Positions 44,354 to 57,044 of a stretch of DNA of 64,000 nt are shown here, piece after piece. Every line of letters begins with the position of its first letter. Positions within the stretch are counted from its first letter, which is position 1. This DNA is from the human T2T-CHM13v2.0 reference genome, Homo sapiens: NCBI RefSeq assembly GCF_009914755.1, contig NC_060937.1; one strand, written 5' to 3'. The position numbers and the translations under genes were made by a program. The notes under the pieces are model-generated. The model searched no databases. It was not told the DNA's origin and saw nothing but the letters and a program-made list of their open reading frames with translations.

Positions 44354-44999
44354 TAATAGTGTTTAAGATGTGCACTTTTGAAATTAAGTTGAAAATGGTG
44401 CCACAAATTAATAAGTAAAACTTAAGCAAAAACTCTACCCAACATATAAGGAATATTTTTTTAAATGAATGTAATTGCTGCTAAGCATATAGTAACATCA
44501 ATTTCTTATTTTTTCCAAAGAAGATAGTGTTGCCTTTTATATGGAACATAGTCTTATTTGATAATAACTTCACAGCAAATGTATGTGCTCAAATGATATA
44601 ATTCTTCAATACCAGAACTACTGGGCCTTATAAGTGTAGAGGTAGAAAGGATGCAATGGATGGAGTAATAATATAATCAAAAATTAACTAATATGAAGGT
44701 CTCAGTTCTAAAGGAAGCTAAACAGGTAAAGTTTTAAGCACCACACTTTTTGAGTGTTAATTCCCGAAAGTTCAGAGTCCTCAAGAAAAAGAGATTGAGA
44801 CAGGTGTGGTGAATGTTAAATATTTTTCTGGTATTCTGGAAGGCCATAGTAGACAATGCTGTGTGTGTGTATGCTGTAGACAGAGAACTGAATCACTGTC
44901 CTGAAAGAAAACAACATACAAAAATGTAGAAAGAGAAAGCTGATTTTGAAGACCAATGTTACCAATTTCACAAATTTTCAGAGGTTAACACTAGTTAAT

Positions 45000-45205
45000 A
45001 TAATGACAACCACAACTTAGTGAGAGACTATTAAATACCAGGCGCTGTACTAGATAATTCAGTTTTTATCTAGTTCACAAAAACGTTATCACTTAGAAAG
45101 AATTAATCCATTTACAGCTGAGAGATAGGTTAAATAGCATGAATGAGGCCAAGAGTTGAATTCAGGTTTATCTAATGCCAAAGCAGTGTCCTTACTATCA
45201 CACTA
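45000..45205 (-). mobile_element. MIR relic
   Basis: 'accaggcgctgtactag...ccatttacagctgag...ttgaattcaggtttatctaatgccaaagc'. Confidence 0.5.
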
Positions 45206-47378
45206 CACTTTACAAAAAGAGTACGGGCAAAGAGATATTTTTGTCATATGGAACTACAATTTGTAAACTTTAACAGGAAGAATGTAACTTAGTGGAATAG
45301 TGAACACCTACAACAAATCACTAGATTAGTGGGAGATTTCATTTATTTTAACATGGATTATTTTATGAAAAACTTCATTCCCAAAGAATTCACTAATTAA
45401 AGTATAAGTAATAAAATAATTGCCAAGATATACAGTGAACTCAGGTGGCTGAATAGGAAAAGAAAATACTATGAATACTATGAATTTGTGTGTAGAAAAG
45501 TCTGTAGAAATGGTAAAGAAAAAATGGATTGATTGCTCTAATCTTTTAGCACAATGATATCTAAAAGCTCATATAGCTTCAACTTCATTATTTTTAACAA
45601 AATGCACTACGTTACAGTTACTTGTGGAGTACACAGTACCATAAATAATTTAAATTAAACTACACTTGTCAAAATAAATGAACAAGTAGATTTTATGATA
45701 CAGTACATTTTATGATGCCCTTGATTCTTTAATTTGTGTGTTTTGCTTAGTTGCTAATTCCCAAAATACTGTAATCTGCAATGGCTCTTGTACTCATTAG
45801 TATAGATTACCAATATCCCAGCTCAACAGGAAAATCAGCATAGAGAGGCATTCTACTGAACCAGAACATTTTTTTTCAATAATATCCTGTGAATATTTTA
45901 TAAATATTGGTTTGAAGACAATAAGAGAAATAGTTCACTTCCCTTCCATACTAATTCACCAGTTCTATCCCTAACTAAGATATCTGATTATATTTGGCAA
46001 GTAAAGGTTCTTATTAATTTATTAATATTGTCCCAGTGAAATACATCAAAATTTAGATTATAGATTCCTTTGATATTCTTGAATTACATATACAAACATA
46101 AAATGTTTTCTTTAAGACTAGTGTTACTGCTCTCCAGGAAGATCTAAGCAAAATTATCACAGTGTGAAATATTAAAATAATTAAAAAGTAGTTATTTAAA
46201 AATATAAAATGTATGTTCCATATTACAGATTAAATATTTTTAAAATAGATTTTCATGAAATAAAATACTTTCTGAAATTAGTACAACTTCCAGATGTTAG
46301 ATATGGCCCATGTGATTTTTCCATCACGATTTATGAACTAGTAAAGAATAAAGCTCTCTGAGAGCTGCATCACCTCTACAAACCACTAGTTTGCTACTAT
46401 TCTATCATTTAATGATTCAACCTCTGACATCTTGGAGAGTATTTAACTCAACACGAGGAAACTATGGAGAAACTCTTGGAATAAGTATTAAGTATACTTA
46501 GGCTTTGGGTTCCTCAAGCCAGGGATATCCCCCTCATTCTCTACCTTTGCTGTTTCACCTGCCATGTTGGTGCAGAGAGCAAGTAACATGAAGGTAACTG
46601 GAGCATCCTTTGGCAAAACATCTTGAACCTCAGTTCCTACTTCTGTAAAGTGGGGTTAATAATATCTACATGTGAGGATAATGTAAGTTAATATCTGTAA
46701 GAATATATTGGGAAACTGCTATACCAGCAGTTCATTTTTTAAACTGATTATTTTATTGCAAATTTATCTTATGTATTTATAAGTTAAAGTAGAATGAACT
46801 GAAAAACTTTCCTTCTACCTATTTTTATTCTCTAGTACTTTACTTTTTTTCTGTCATGTATTTGAAATCTTTTAAAAACTGACTTACAAATTAAAATGGT
46901 CTACAGCTGTTTAAAACTGTGCTCCCACTACTAATTTTAAGGATCACAGTTTATTTCCACATCTTTTATTTTTACTCTGGATTTATGATTTATTAATAGA
47001 TTTTTCAATGGATTAAACTCAAAGAATATATGTTTAAATACAGAGCATAAAGCTCTAGTTTTGTTTGCATTTTAATAAAAAAAGTTTCCACTCTGAAGGA
47101 TATAAATTGAACTGTCCATGATCCTTGGTGTCTACTTGTCTCCCTTACAGAATGTATCAGCACAGTACATTCTGATATGTTTTATTTTCATGTCTATTTG
47201 TTGTCTAACTAGAGGATAATTCTGCACATTAATTGTTGTTTCAGTTGTATTTAATCAACTTCTACTCTTAAAAGAATTATATTCTTATCTTGATGAATTC
47301 AGATTAGACACATTACCTTTATTCCAAAATTTTATGCTATAATCAGTATTTAGAGGACAGGTCAAAGGTGGTTAGAGG

Positions 47379-47462
47379 CATCAAAATGGCACCATCAGAA
47401 ACACATCAAAATGGCACCATCAGAAACACATCAAAATGGCACCATCAGAAACACATCAAAAT
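47379..47462. repeat. 25-bp minisatellite, 3.4 identical units
   Basis: catcaaaatggcaccatcagaaaca at 47379, 47404 and 47429, partial at 47454. Confidence 0.97.
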
Positions 47463-48089
47463 AGTACCAACAGGAAAATTAACAGTTCCCTAAAGTCTAT
47501 TTCCAATTAACGCCAGCGTTTAATATGTATGTCCAATCAATGTGCACTGTACATGTTATTATATGTTACTCAAATATATGCTATTATTTAACTTGAGATT
47601 CCTCTTAATAAGAAGAGGCTAATGTTGTGTCCCACGGAAAAAAAGGAAAAAACCTCAAATGCACTTATCCTGACCCCCATGACCAAATTTATATTTCAAA
47701 TATCTACATCTCCTAAACTGTGACTGGTATTTAAGTCACAATTCCATATAAGTTTAAGTGCTAAATAACAGCACAGTCAGGCAGCCTCAAATTGCTTGGG
47801 TCTGCCCCAAGCCCAGCTTTTTGCAAGATGTGAAAAGTCATCACTGCCCTTTCATACCATCACTGCCTAAGTCATTCTTCTTCCAATAGGTTTCATGCAT
47901 GGCTTATACTAAAATCTTTTCTGATATGTCTAGCATCTTAAACATATTAACAATGGTCTAACAAATATAATGGACTTTATTCATTGAAAAATATTAACTG
48001 AGTACCTACTATGTTATTTTTCTTTCACAGAGAAGAAGAGATTAAATTGAACTTTAAAGTAACCCAAGTTTACTATTTTAGTAGTTAGA

Positions 48090-48320
48090 ACTATTATTTA
48101 TAGAGCTCTCACTAAGAGTCAGACATTTTACCCATAATCATAAAATTATTTAGTATCACAAAGTCTTGCAAGTTAGATACTATTCTATGTTTAGGATAAA
48201 GAAACCAGAGGGCCCTATGTGTTGAGTCACTTGCCCAAGTTCTTAGGATGTGATCGAGCTAGTGATCAATGCAGGTGAGTCAGACCCAAGAGTTCAGACT
48301 CAAGCTGCAGTTCCCATAAC
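48090..48320 (-). mobile_element. MIR relic
   Basis: 'ggataaagaaaccagagg...gttgagtcacttgcccaagttc' MIR core in reverse. Confidence 0.55.
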
Positions 48321-50676
48321 TCCTCTAACATCTAGACTTGCGTTATCAACTCCATCCACAGATGCCTACCTATATTTCCACTAATGAGGTTGCCTTTCTT
48401 CATTCTGAGGGAGGATGTATTCTCCTCCTCCAGCTCAAAGACAGTACAACTGGGAAAATAAAGCAATCATAGCACAGAATAGGTTTAAGAACAAACCTAT
48501 AATATGATCTCATTTGACTAGTTCTCATGCAAGTCATCTAATAAATAGACTAGTGTTCACCTAGGCGAATATATACAAGACTCAAAAGCACAAGTTCTAT
48601 GAGGCATGTCATATCAATATTTAAAGGGATTGCCATTTTTCAATAATAATGTAAAGTAACATGCAAAATCATAATTTTTAGAGTTAGAAAAAAAATAAGA
48701 CATTAGTAGTGACCTCATTTTATGGATCAAGAGACCCAAAGCCTAAAGAGATGAAGATATCTATCCAATGTGAAATGCCAATTTGGGGGCAAAATGATGG
48801 CTTAAATGGTGACGTTAAGCCCTCAAGCCAAGGAGTGTCTCCACAGTGATGTTGTAGTCTCGGAATAATTATTTGAGGGCAAAGGATAAAATTAATGTAA
48901 GTAATCAAACAAATTGATTATGAGCCTGTCAACAAATGTAGTGACTGGCCTTATCTGTTGGCAGAAAGTAAGCTAGATTAACCAAATAAAAACGTAAAAA
49001 CTTTCCATCAGCAGTTTCATTGTGCTTGTCTATAAAGTCTGGTTTGTCCAAATGGGCAGTTTTTAAGAATGACCTTTAGTGAATGAAACTTTCTGGTTGC
49101 TGCCACAATTTTGTACAAGTTTATAAATTATGCATGTTTCTTAGCTTAGCTACATAACCAACCCAACCTATAAGAATTAAATAAGTATAAATTGTTTACA
49201 TCCATTTACTTAGAATACTTTGTGAAAATATACTTAATTCTTCCTTCACATAATTTACTAAAGTAATATGCTGCATGTATAGTTGTAACATCGGTATAAA
49301 GAGATAATATTTTAAAAAATCAAGTATCTTATAAAACATTTTTAAATGGGATTCTATTAATAACAGTGGTAAAAACCTGGCACCAAACAAGTTGCAGATA
49401 ATTTAATACAACTAAAATTTTAAAGCATTAAAGGACTGAAATTAGATTGTAATGGACTCTTTGGATTAAATCAATGCAATTAAGAATATGATGAAGTATC
49501 CAGTTATCTGTTTTCTGAGCCTTTGAAAAGTGGAAATATTAATGGAACTGTACAAGAAATTACTGTTGACTAGATTAATTGCCATAGCAATTGTCGTCTT
49601 ATAAATATGTTATTTGTGACAATTATGCATCAGGATAATGCATGTGTTGTCACATTACTTGAAGAAATCTTTAAATTCTGAAGAAAGATCATGAAGCTTT
49701 TTTTCATTTCCAGCATTATTGCAAACTTAGAACATTTTAGAGAAGGAGTTTGAAATTCTGTACTAACATAGCATATGATTTTAAAAGTTTGCCAGCACTT
49801 CAACTAACAAGTTGGGGGAAATTAAGCAGTAAAAATGCAACCTGAGGAAACCTCAACAGGAATGTAAACTAAACGGGTGGGGAGGTCTGTAGGTGTCAAT
49901 CAAGAACAAAATGCAACCGTCAAGCTTGCTTTGCTAACAAACTGTCACATCAACAATATGGAGTTAATGACTACAAATTAACTGTATACCAGATGCTTGA
50001 CACTTTGTTATGACACTTAGCAAGCTAGTTGACATTTGGGGATCAAAGCTTCTTTAATTACACTTTGTATAACATGTGCAACCTTTATGCTAATGTCCAA
50101 ATATTCCTTGGAGCAAACAAAGCTGCCCAAGTAAAAACCACCACAGACTGTTTTCTAGGTGTGGGTTTGAAAGTATTCATGTTGTTCTTAAAAAAGGGGG
50201 TGGGCGGGGGGAGTAGCTGAGCGAGAGCCAGGCGTCAAGCACAGTGTTATTCATTATTACCATTGCCTAAAATAACACTGTTTCTTAACTTGGTGAAGCA
50301 CTTTTTCTTACATATAGATGCAGACTGTGAAATAACACATTTTCAAACAAGGTGGTAATAGCATTTAAAGCCATTTATAAAAAGAAAGACAACTGGGCAT
50401 TTCAGAATTTAAAATAATTGAAAAAGGTATTGAAGAGTAGAGTGATAAGGAATATATGAACTGTTTTTGGAACACTGATTTGAGTGATTTTTCAAGTCCT
50501 TTTTTAGGAAAACAGTTTAACAATTTCCCAAGTAATTAAAACTCAATAAATGATATAAGCAAAATTTCACGTGACAGGTATAATACTGAATGCTCAACAT
50601 GCATAACCTTGAACTACAGACTATGTCAACATAAAAGAAGGTTAACATTTTTGTCAGGTCTTAAAATAAGCTCAGA

Positions 50677-50992
<316 letters not shown>

Positions 50993-51249
50993 TTAACCAA
51001 AACTAAGATTGTCTTAAAATTAACAAAATTTTTAAAACAGCTAAACAATCAAAGAGGAAAATATAATACAATGTACTTGCAACAGAAACACAGTCAGGGG
51101 TTTCTTTGGAAATGGCACTATCTTGCTAAATGTGACAGATATAAGGAGAAGCTGTTAGATCAGGGGCATGTGACCCTTTATCCCATTTTTGCCTGGACTC
51201 TACTTCTTGGGGAAAGGCAAGATTGTAATATGTGAAGAAAAATAAAAGA

Positions 51250-51950
51250 GAAGATATACCATTTGACCCAGCAATCCCATTACTGGGAATATATATAAAT
51301 CATCCTATTATAAAGACACATGCATGTGCGTGTTCAGTGCTGCACTAGTCACAATAGCAAATACATGGAATCAACCTAAATGTCCATCAATGATATACTA
51401 GATAAAGAAAATGTGGTATGTGGTATATACATATATGTGTGTATATATATACACGTATATATATACACACATATGTGTGTATATATATACACGTATATAT
51501 ATACACACACATATGTGTGTATATATATACACGTGTATATATATACACACATATATATATACACATATATATATATACACACACCATAGAATACTATGCA
51601 GCCATAAAAAAGAACAGATCACGTCCTTTGCAGGAGCCTGGATGGAGATGGAGGCCATTGTCCTTAGCAAACTCACAAAGGAAAAGAAAACCAAATACCA
51701 CATGTTCTCACTTATAAGTGGGAGCTAAATGATGAGAACACATGGACACATAGAGGGAAACAACACACTCAGGTCTTTTAGTGGGTGGAGGGTGGGAGGA
51801 GGTAGAGGATCAGGAAGAACAACTAATGGGTACTAGGCTTGATGACTGGGTGATGAAATAACCTGTACAACAAACCCCCATGACACAAGTTTACCTGTGT
51901 AGGAAACCTACGCTTGTACCCCTGAATTTAGAATAAAAGTTTTTTAAAAA
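51250..51950 (+). mobile_element. L1 3' fragment (older L1PA-type): ORF2 C-terminus and 3'UTR
   Basis: Translations 'EYYAAIKK' and '[34 protein letters not shown]' resemble the L1 ORF2p C-terminus; 3'UTR 'gggtactaggctt...caaacccccatgacacaagtttacc'. Confidence 0.92.
51424..51583. repeat. Compound TA/CA/TG repeat with internal palindromes, inside L1
   Basis: Three 38-42 bp higher-order units; perfect palindromes 51455-51490 and 51511-51554. Confidence 0.95.
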
Positions 51951-52383
51951 GAGAAATGGAAGCATACGTCTACAAAAATTATGAATGAATAAAGTAAAAC
52001 AAAATTATTAAAAATAAGACATATAAAGGAGAAAGGAAATATATAATGTTAGAACTGGAAATGACATTGAAGATCAAATAGTTCAACCTTATCACTCCAC
52101 AGATTGGACAAACCATGGCACAGATCAGTGGAACTGTCCAAGTCATAGAGTTGTGGATGGCCCATATGCCAGCTCCCAGGACTGTAAGTTGTGTAGAGTG
52201 CTGTTACAAGTACAACACTCTGGTTCTCTTTGCCATCATTACAGCTCCACACACCAAGATGTCAAGATACAATGTGATCCTGCCAGTTGATGTATTAGTT
52301 ATTGAATACTTATTGTTCTCTTAGAAAATGGCAAACCCTTCTCTAGGTGTTGGTAGTTCTAGGGACACACCAGGGAACTAGGC

Positions 52384-53036
<653 letters not shown>

Positions 53037-53039
53037 GAA

Positions 53040-53405
53040 CAGACCAGTGGAGTCCTGCCTTCAAGGAACTAGAATGTTTGGCAATAAGAAACAAGAAAAT
53101 AAAAGAAATATATGCTATAATTAGGGAAAACAGGGTGGCCTGATAGAAAGTATGCTGGGTGCAAGTGTGCTTTCACTAGGTTGTCTGTGAAGGTCACTCT
53201 GAAGAGGTAAGAGGAGATTTGCATAATGAAAAAACAGACAAATGAGCTCAGTGAATGCAACACCAGAGAATAGGTTATTACGGATGCAGCTTGATGGTAG
53301 GTGAATTTGGAGAAGACAGTAAAGGACAGGCCATGCAAGCCCTGAAAGTCCCAATAAAGACTTTGGATTTACTTTGGTTGTTGTGAGAAGTCACTGTAGG
53401 TTGTT
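53040..53405 (-). mobile_element. L2 relic
   Basis: 'gtcctgccttcaaggaact...tgtgaaggtcactctgaagaggt...taaagactttggattt...gagaagtcactgtagg'. Confidence 0.6.
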
Positions 53406-53769
53406 AATTATCATCTCCGGGGCTGTGACCCTTGTCCAAATCACCATCATAACTTGCCTCTTCAAGGAAGCCACTTCCTATTTGGTCATCTTGTCTCTAC
53501 TCTTGCACTGCCCAGTCCATCCTCCAGGTTAGGCATGGATCGTAGCTAATATTCACCACTAAATTTCTAAACATATTTTTATCTTCCAGTTAGCAAACAA
53601 ACAAAAAGGTAAAGTAAATACAGGCATTAGTTGAAAGTGGATTCTCCTTTGGAGTGTGGACAATAAAGAAGCTTAGTTTTGACTTGGATGCTATTCTGTG
53701 TCTATCAATATATAGCAAGTTCCCAAAGCACATTTTCAGTTTAGATTCTCATTCTAGTTTCCTAAATAC

Positions 53770-54304
53770 ATCTTTGCTAATCATGAAACTCCCAGGAAGG
53801 GACCTGAATCCATCAAGGTCTCTATAGAGAACACAAGCCCCTCAGATGTTATTAACTGGAGAGAGTTAGATGATGTAGGGAGTATTCGCTAAAGTATCAG
53901 CAGAATTGAAGTAAACCAATAAAAGAGAAGGTGGCATCCTGGGGCTGCCAGGTGTGGGAGGCCTAAAAGGGAGAGGAGATCAACCAGTTGCTGCAATTGG
54001 AACATGGAGCTGAAGCTATAGGAAAGTCTCCCTGCAAGAACTGTGTATTTTGGAAGAGGGATGAAGCCACTGCTCATTAAGGCAGCAGGAAGGAAGGAAG
54101 AGAATTAAATGTCCTGACCTCACTCTCCCCTACTTCTCTCCTCCTGATATCCAGCTGGCACTTTGCATAGAATGAACACATCCAGAAGCTACAGGGTAAG
54201 GTAGGCCAAGAAGGCAGTCCATAAAAATCTGGCTCCCAGAGAGCAAAGCCGAGGGGCAAAGACGCAGTGTGGATCTGGAAGGGCATATGGAAAATATCCA
54301 GCAT
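53770..54304 (-). mobile_element. LTR33-like (ERVL) solo LTR
   Basis: Minus strand begins 'tgctggatattttccatatgcccttccagatccac', matching the remembered LTR33 5' end; left boundary approximate. Confidence 0.65.
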
Positions 54305-54559
54305 GGAACTTAATAGAGTGTCATTGGAGCCTCTCTCCTTTCATTTTATGTGGTCCTGGTCTGGGATTGACAGTCTGTAGCTGGAAGTCTATTTCATGGT
54401 CATGGTATCACATGGTATTTTTCTAGTGGGTGTAAGAAAGGATTAGAGGTCATGACTTTGTCTCTACCAATGTTTCCTTCCACCAGCAATAATATAATAA
54501 GAATGTACACATTCCATTCTCCACTACTGACAGAAAAAGAGCAAATTGAAGGTGTAAAG

Positions 54560-54800
54560 GCTCTGTTTCATCATTCAAGGAACATTAATTTCTAACAAAG
54601 AAATTAATTCTTATTCTTAGCACTAAGTATCCACTAGTGAAAAAACAAAGTCCTTGTTCAAAAGAATTCATGCACAAATGAGGAAAAGGTAAAACTAAGA
54701 AACCAAGTAAGATAATTTCAGATATTGACAAGGACTCAAACAAAAATATAACACAATGTGACAAAGGGTACTCGGGGGAGAAGATGTGGATGACATTAGC
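54560..54800 (-). mobile_element. L2 3' relic
   Basis: 'tcattcaaggaacatt...aaaaacaaagtccttgttcaaaagaattcat...gataatttcagatattgacaagg'. Confidence 0.55.
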
Positions 54801-54858
54801 TAGAATGGACCAGAAATGGCTCCATTTCATTTAACTGGCACCTAAAGAAAAGGACTGT

Positions 54859-55001
54859 ATTGGGTGCAGTGGCTCACTCCTGTAATCCCACTACTCTGAG
54901 AGGCCGAAGTGGGAGAATCACTTGAGCCCAGGAGTTTGAGACCAGCTTCGGCAACATAGGGAGATCCTGCCTCTACCGAAAAAAAAAAAAAAAAAAAAAA
55001 A
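54859..55001 (+). mobile_element. FLAM-type Alu monomer
   Basis: Single left-arm monomer 'tgggtgcagtggctcac...cacttgagcccaggagtttgagaccagc' followed by A23. Confidence 0.85.
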
Positions 55002-56212
55002 GAATAGGGGCCGAAATTAATCACAGAATGATATGAAGGGGCACAGTTTCTATGGAAGAAAGAGAAATACCAGACAGTCCAGTGCATCTACTGCACTGCC
55101 CGAGAGATTGGCTGGGTCTGCCAAGGGGTTTCAAGGAAGTCCAGCCCCTTATCTTAGTATCACCATACCATTATCCTAGTATCCAAACAAGGACAGGCAT
55201 GGTCTTCTGCATCCAAAGACAGTAGCAGCACCCTTCTGCAACCAAGGAGATGTGATTGCTCATGAGATGACTTTTCCAATTTCCAAAGATGCCACAGAGT
55301 CTATCTAAAGCCTTGACCAGGGCTTTGTAGAGTATGGTAGGAAGTTTGAATCTATTCCAAGTGCTAAGGAATGCATTAGAGGTTTTGAAGTTTTAACTTT
55401 TAAGTTTCACATAATATTCTTTGGATGGCTTTGCTTTAGACTAATGCATTAAATCATGAGTTAAAAAAACAGAATTCGGTATATGTCAAATTAAAATATT
55501 AATATATATTTTTGGAAATGTAAGTCTAATAAAAATAATCACAAGAAGAAACAACATACAGTTATAAATCCACATTCATGTAGAAAGAGCATTAGAAATC
55601 TTTTGTAATAAACCACTTTCTTAGTATGACTTCCACGGAGAAAGGATAGGATTGTCATTCATCTTCTAAAAGCTGTTCTACAAAAGTGGAAGGAGAGGTA
55701 TATTAGACTGGAACAACCAAAACAGAGAACAAAATGGGAAGGAGAAAGATATTTCGTAATTCTCTTCTTATGACCTCATCACACCCTCAATCATATCTCA
55801 AACAAAAACAAAAAACCCAAAGTACAACCTTACCTATCTAAATAGCAGAGCTCTAGACAAAAACAGAGGCCAATAAGACAGCTAGCTGTACTGCAAAGTG
55901 GTTGCAGCATGAGAAAGCCAGGACTAACCGGAAAAGTTCATAAGTGGACATGGTAGGAGGTATACTCTATAGACTCCTGATTGAAGTATCTGGAATGATA
56001 GCCGCATTCAACAGGGCTTGCCTACTTCTCCCATTTGTGAACATTGGTTTTAGTAGGTGAATCCTCTTACATGGTGCTTAGTTCCTTTTAACTGACTTAG
56101 TGTTAATATTCTTTTCTGCTTTACTAGGGTTGAAAAATGACTTACTCTATCCACTTCCACCCATGATCCAACTACTACACAGTTTTCCTCTCCTTTAGGT
56201 TTTCAAAGTCCC

Positions 56213-56295
56213 TCCTGTGTGCCTCAGTTCTCTCATCTGCAAATTGGGTGGAGTGCACGATCCTGAGGTCCCTTCTCAGCTTGATTATTCTAAGA
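56213..56295 (+). mobile_element. MIR3/MIRc-like fragment
   Basis: 'ctgtgtgcctcagttctctcatctgcaaa...gaggtcccttc...attctaag'. Confidence 0.6.
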
Positions 56296-56369
56296 TTTTA
56301 AATTTAAATTTAAATTTAAATTCTAAGATTTTAAATTTAAATTTAAATTCTAAGATTTTAAATTTAAAA
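56287..56369. repeat. Nested repeat ttctaagat(TTTAAA)n with n = 4, 3, 2
   Basis: Units start at 56288, 56321 and 56348. Confidence 0.95.
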
Positions 56370-56648
56370 TTTTCCCCTTAATGTAGGCAACATCTGTTTT
56401 CTTCAAAATATTCAGTTTTTAATTTCTACACCTATAAGTTAGGAATGCCTAATGCCTACATTAGTTATATATTTTCTTTATAGGTCTATGCATTTAGATG
56501 ATGAGAGTACAGTTCTATTTTTTAAGTTAAAACAATATACAATTTTCATTTTTGCTCCTGTATGCCATCATCATAAAGCATTTAAGATATCCACAGTCTC
56601 TTTAATAATTCCCTACTGATAACTATTAAACGACTGCAGTATTATCTA

Positions 56649-57044
<396 letters not shown>

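Noticed and set aside
47379-47462. CRISPR-like appearance of the 25-bp repeat
   Set aside because: Units are adjacent with no spacers, there are no cas genes, and the DNA is primate
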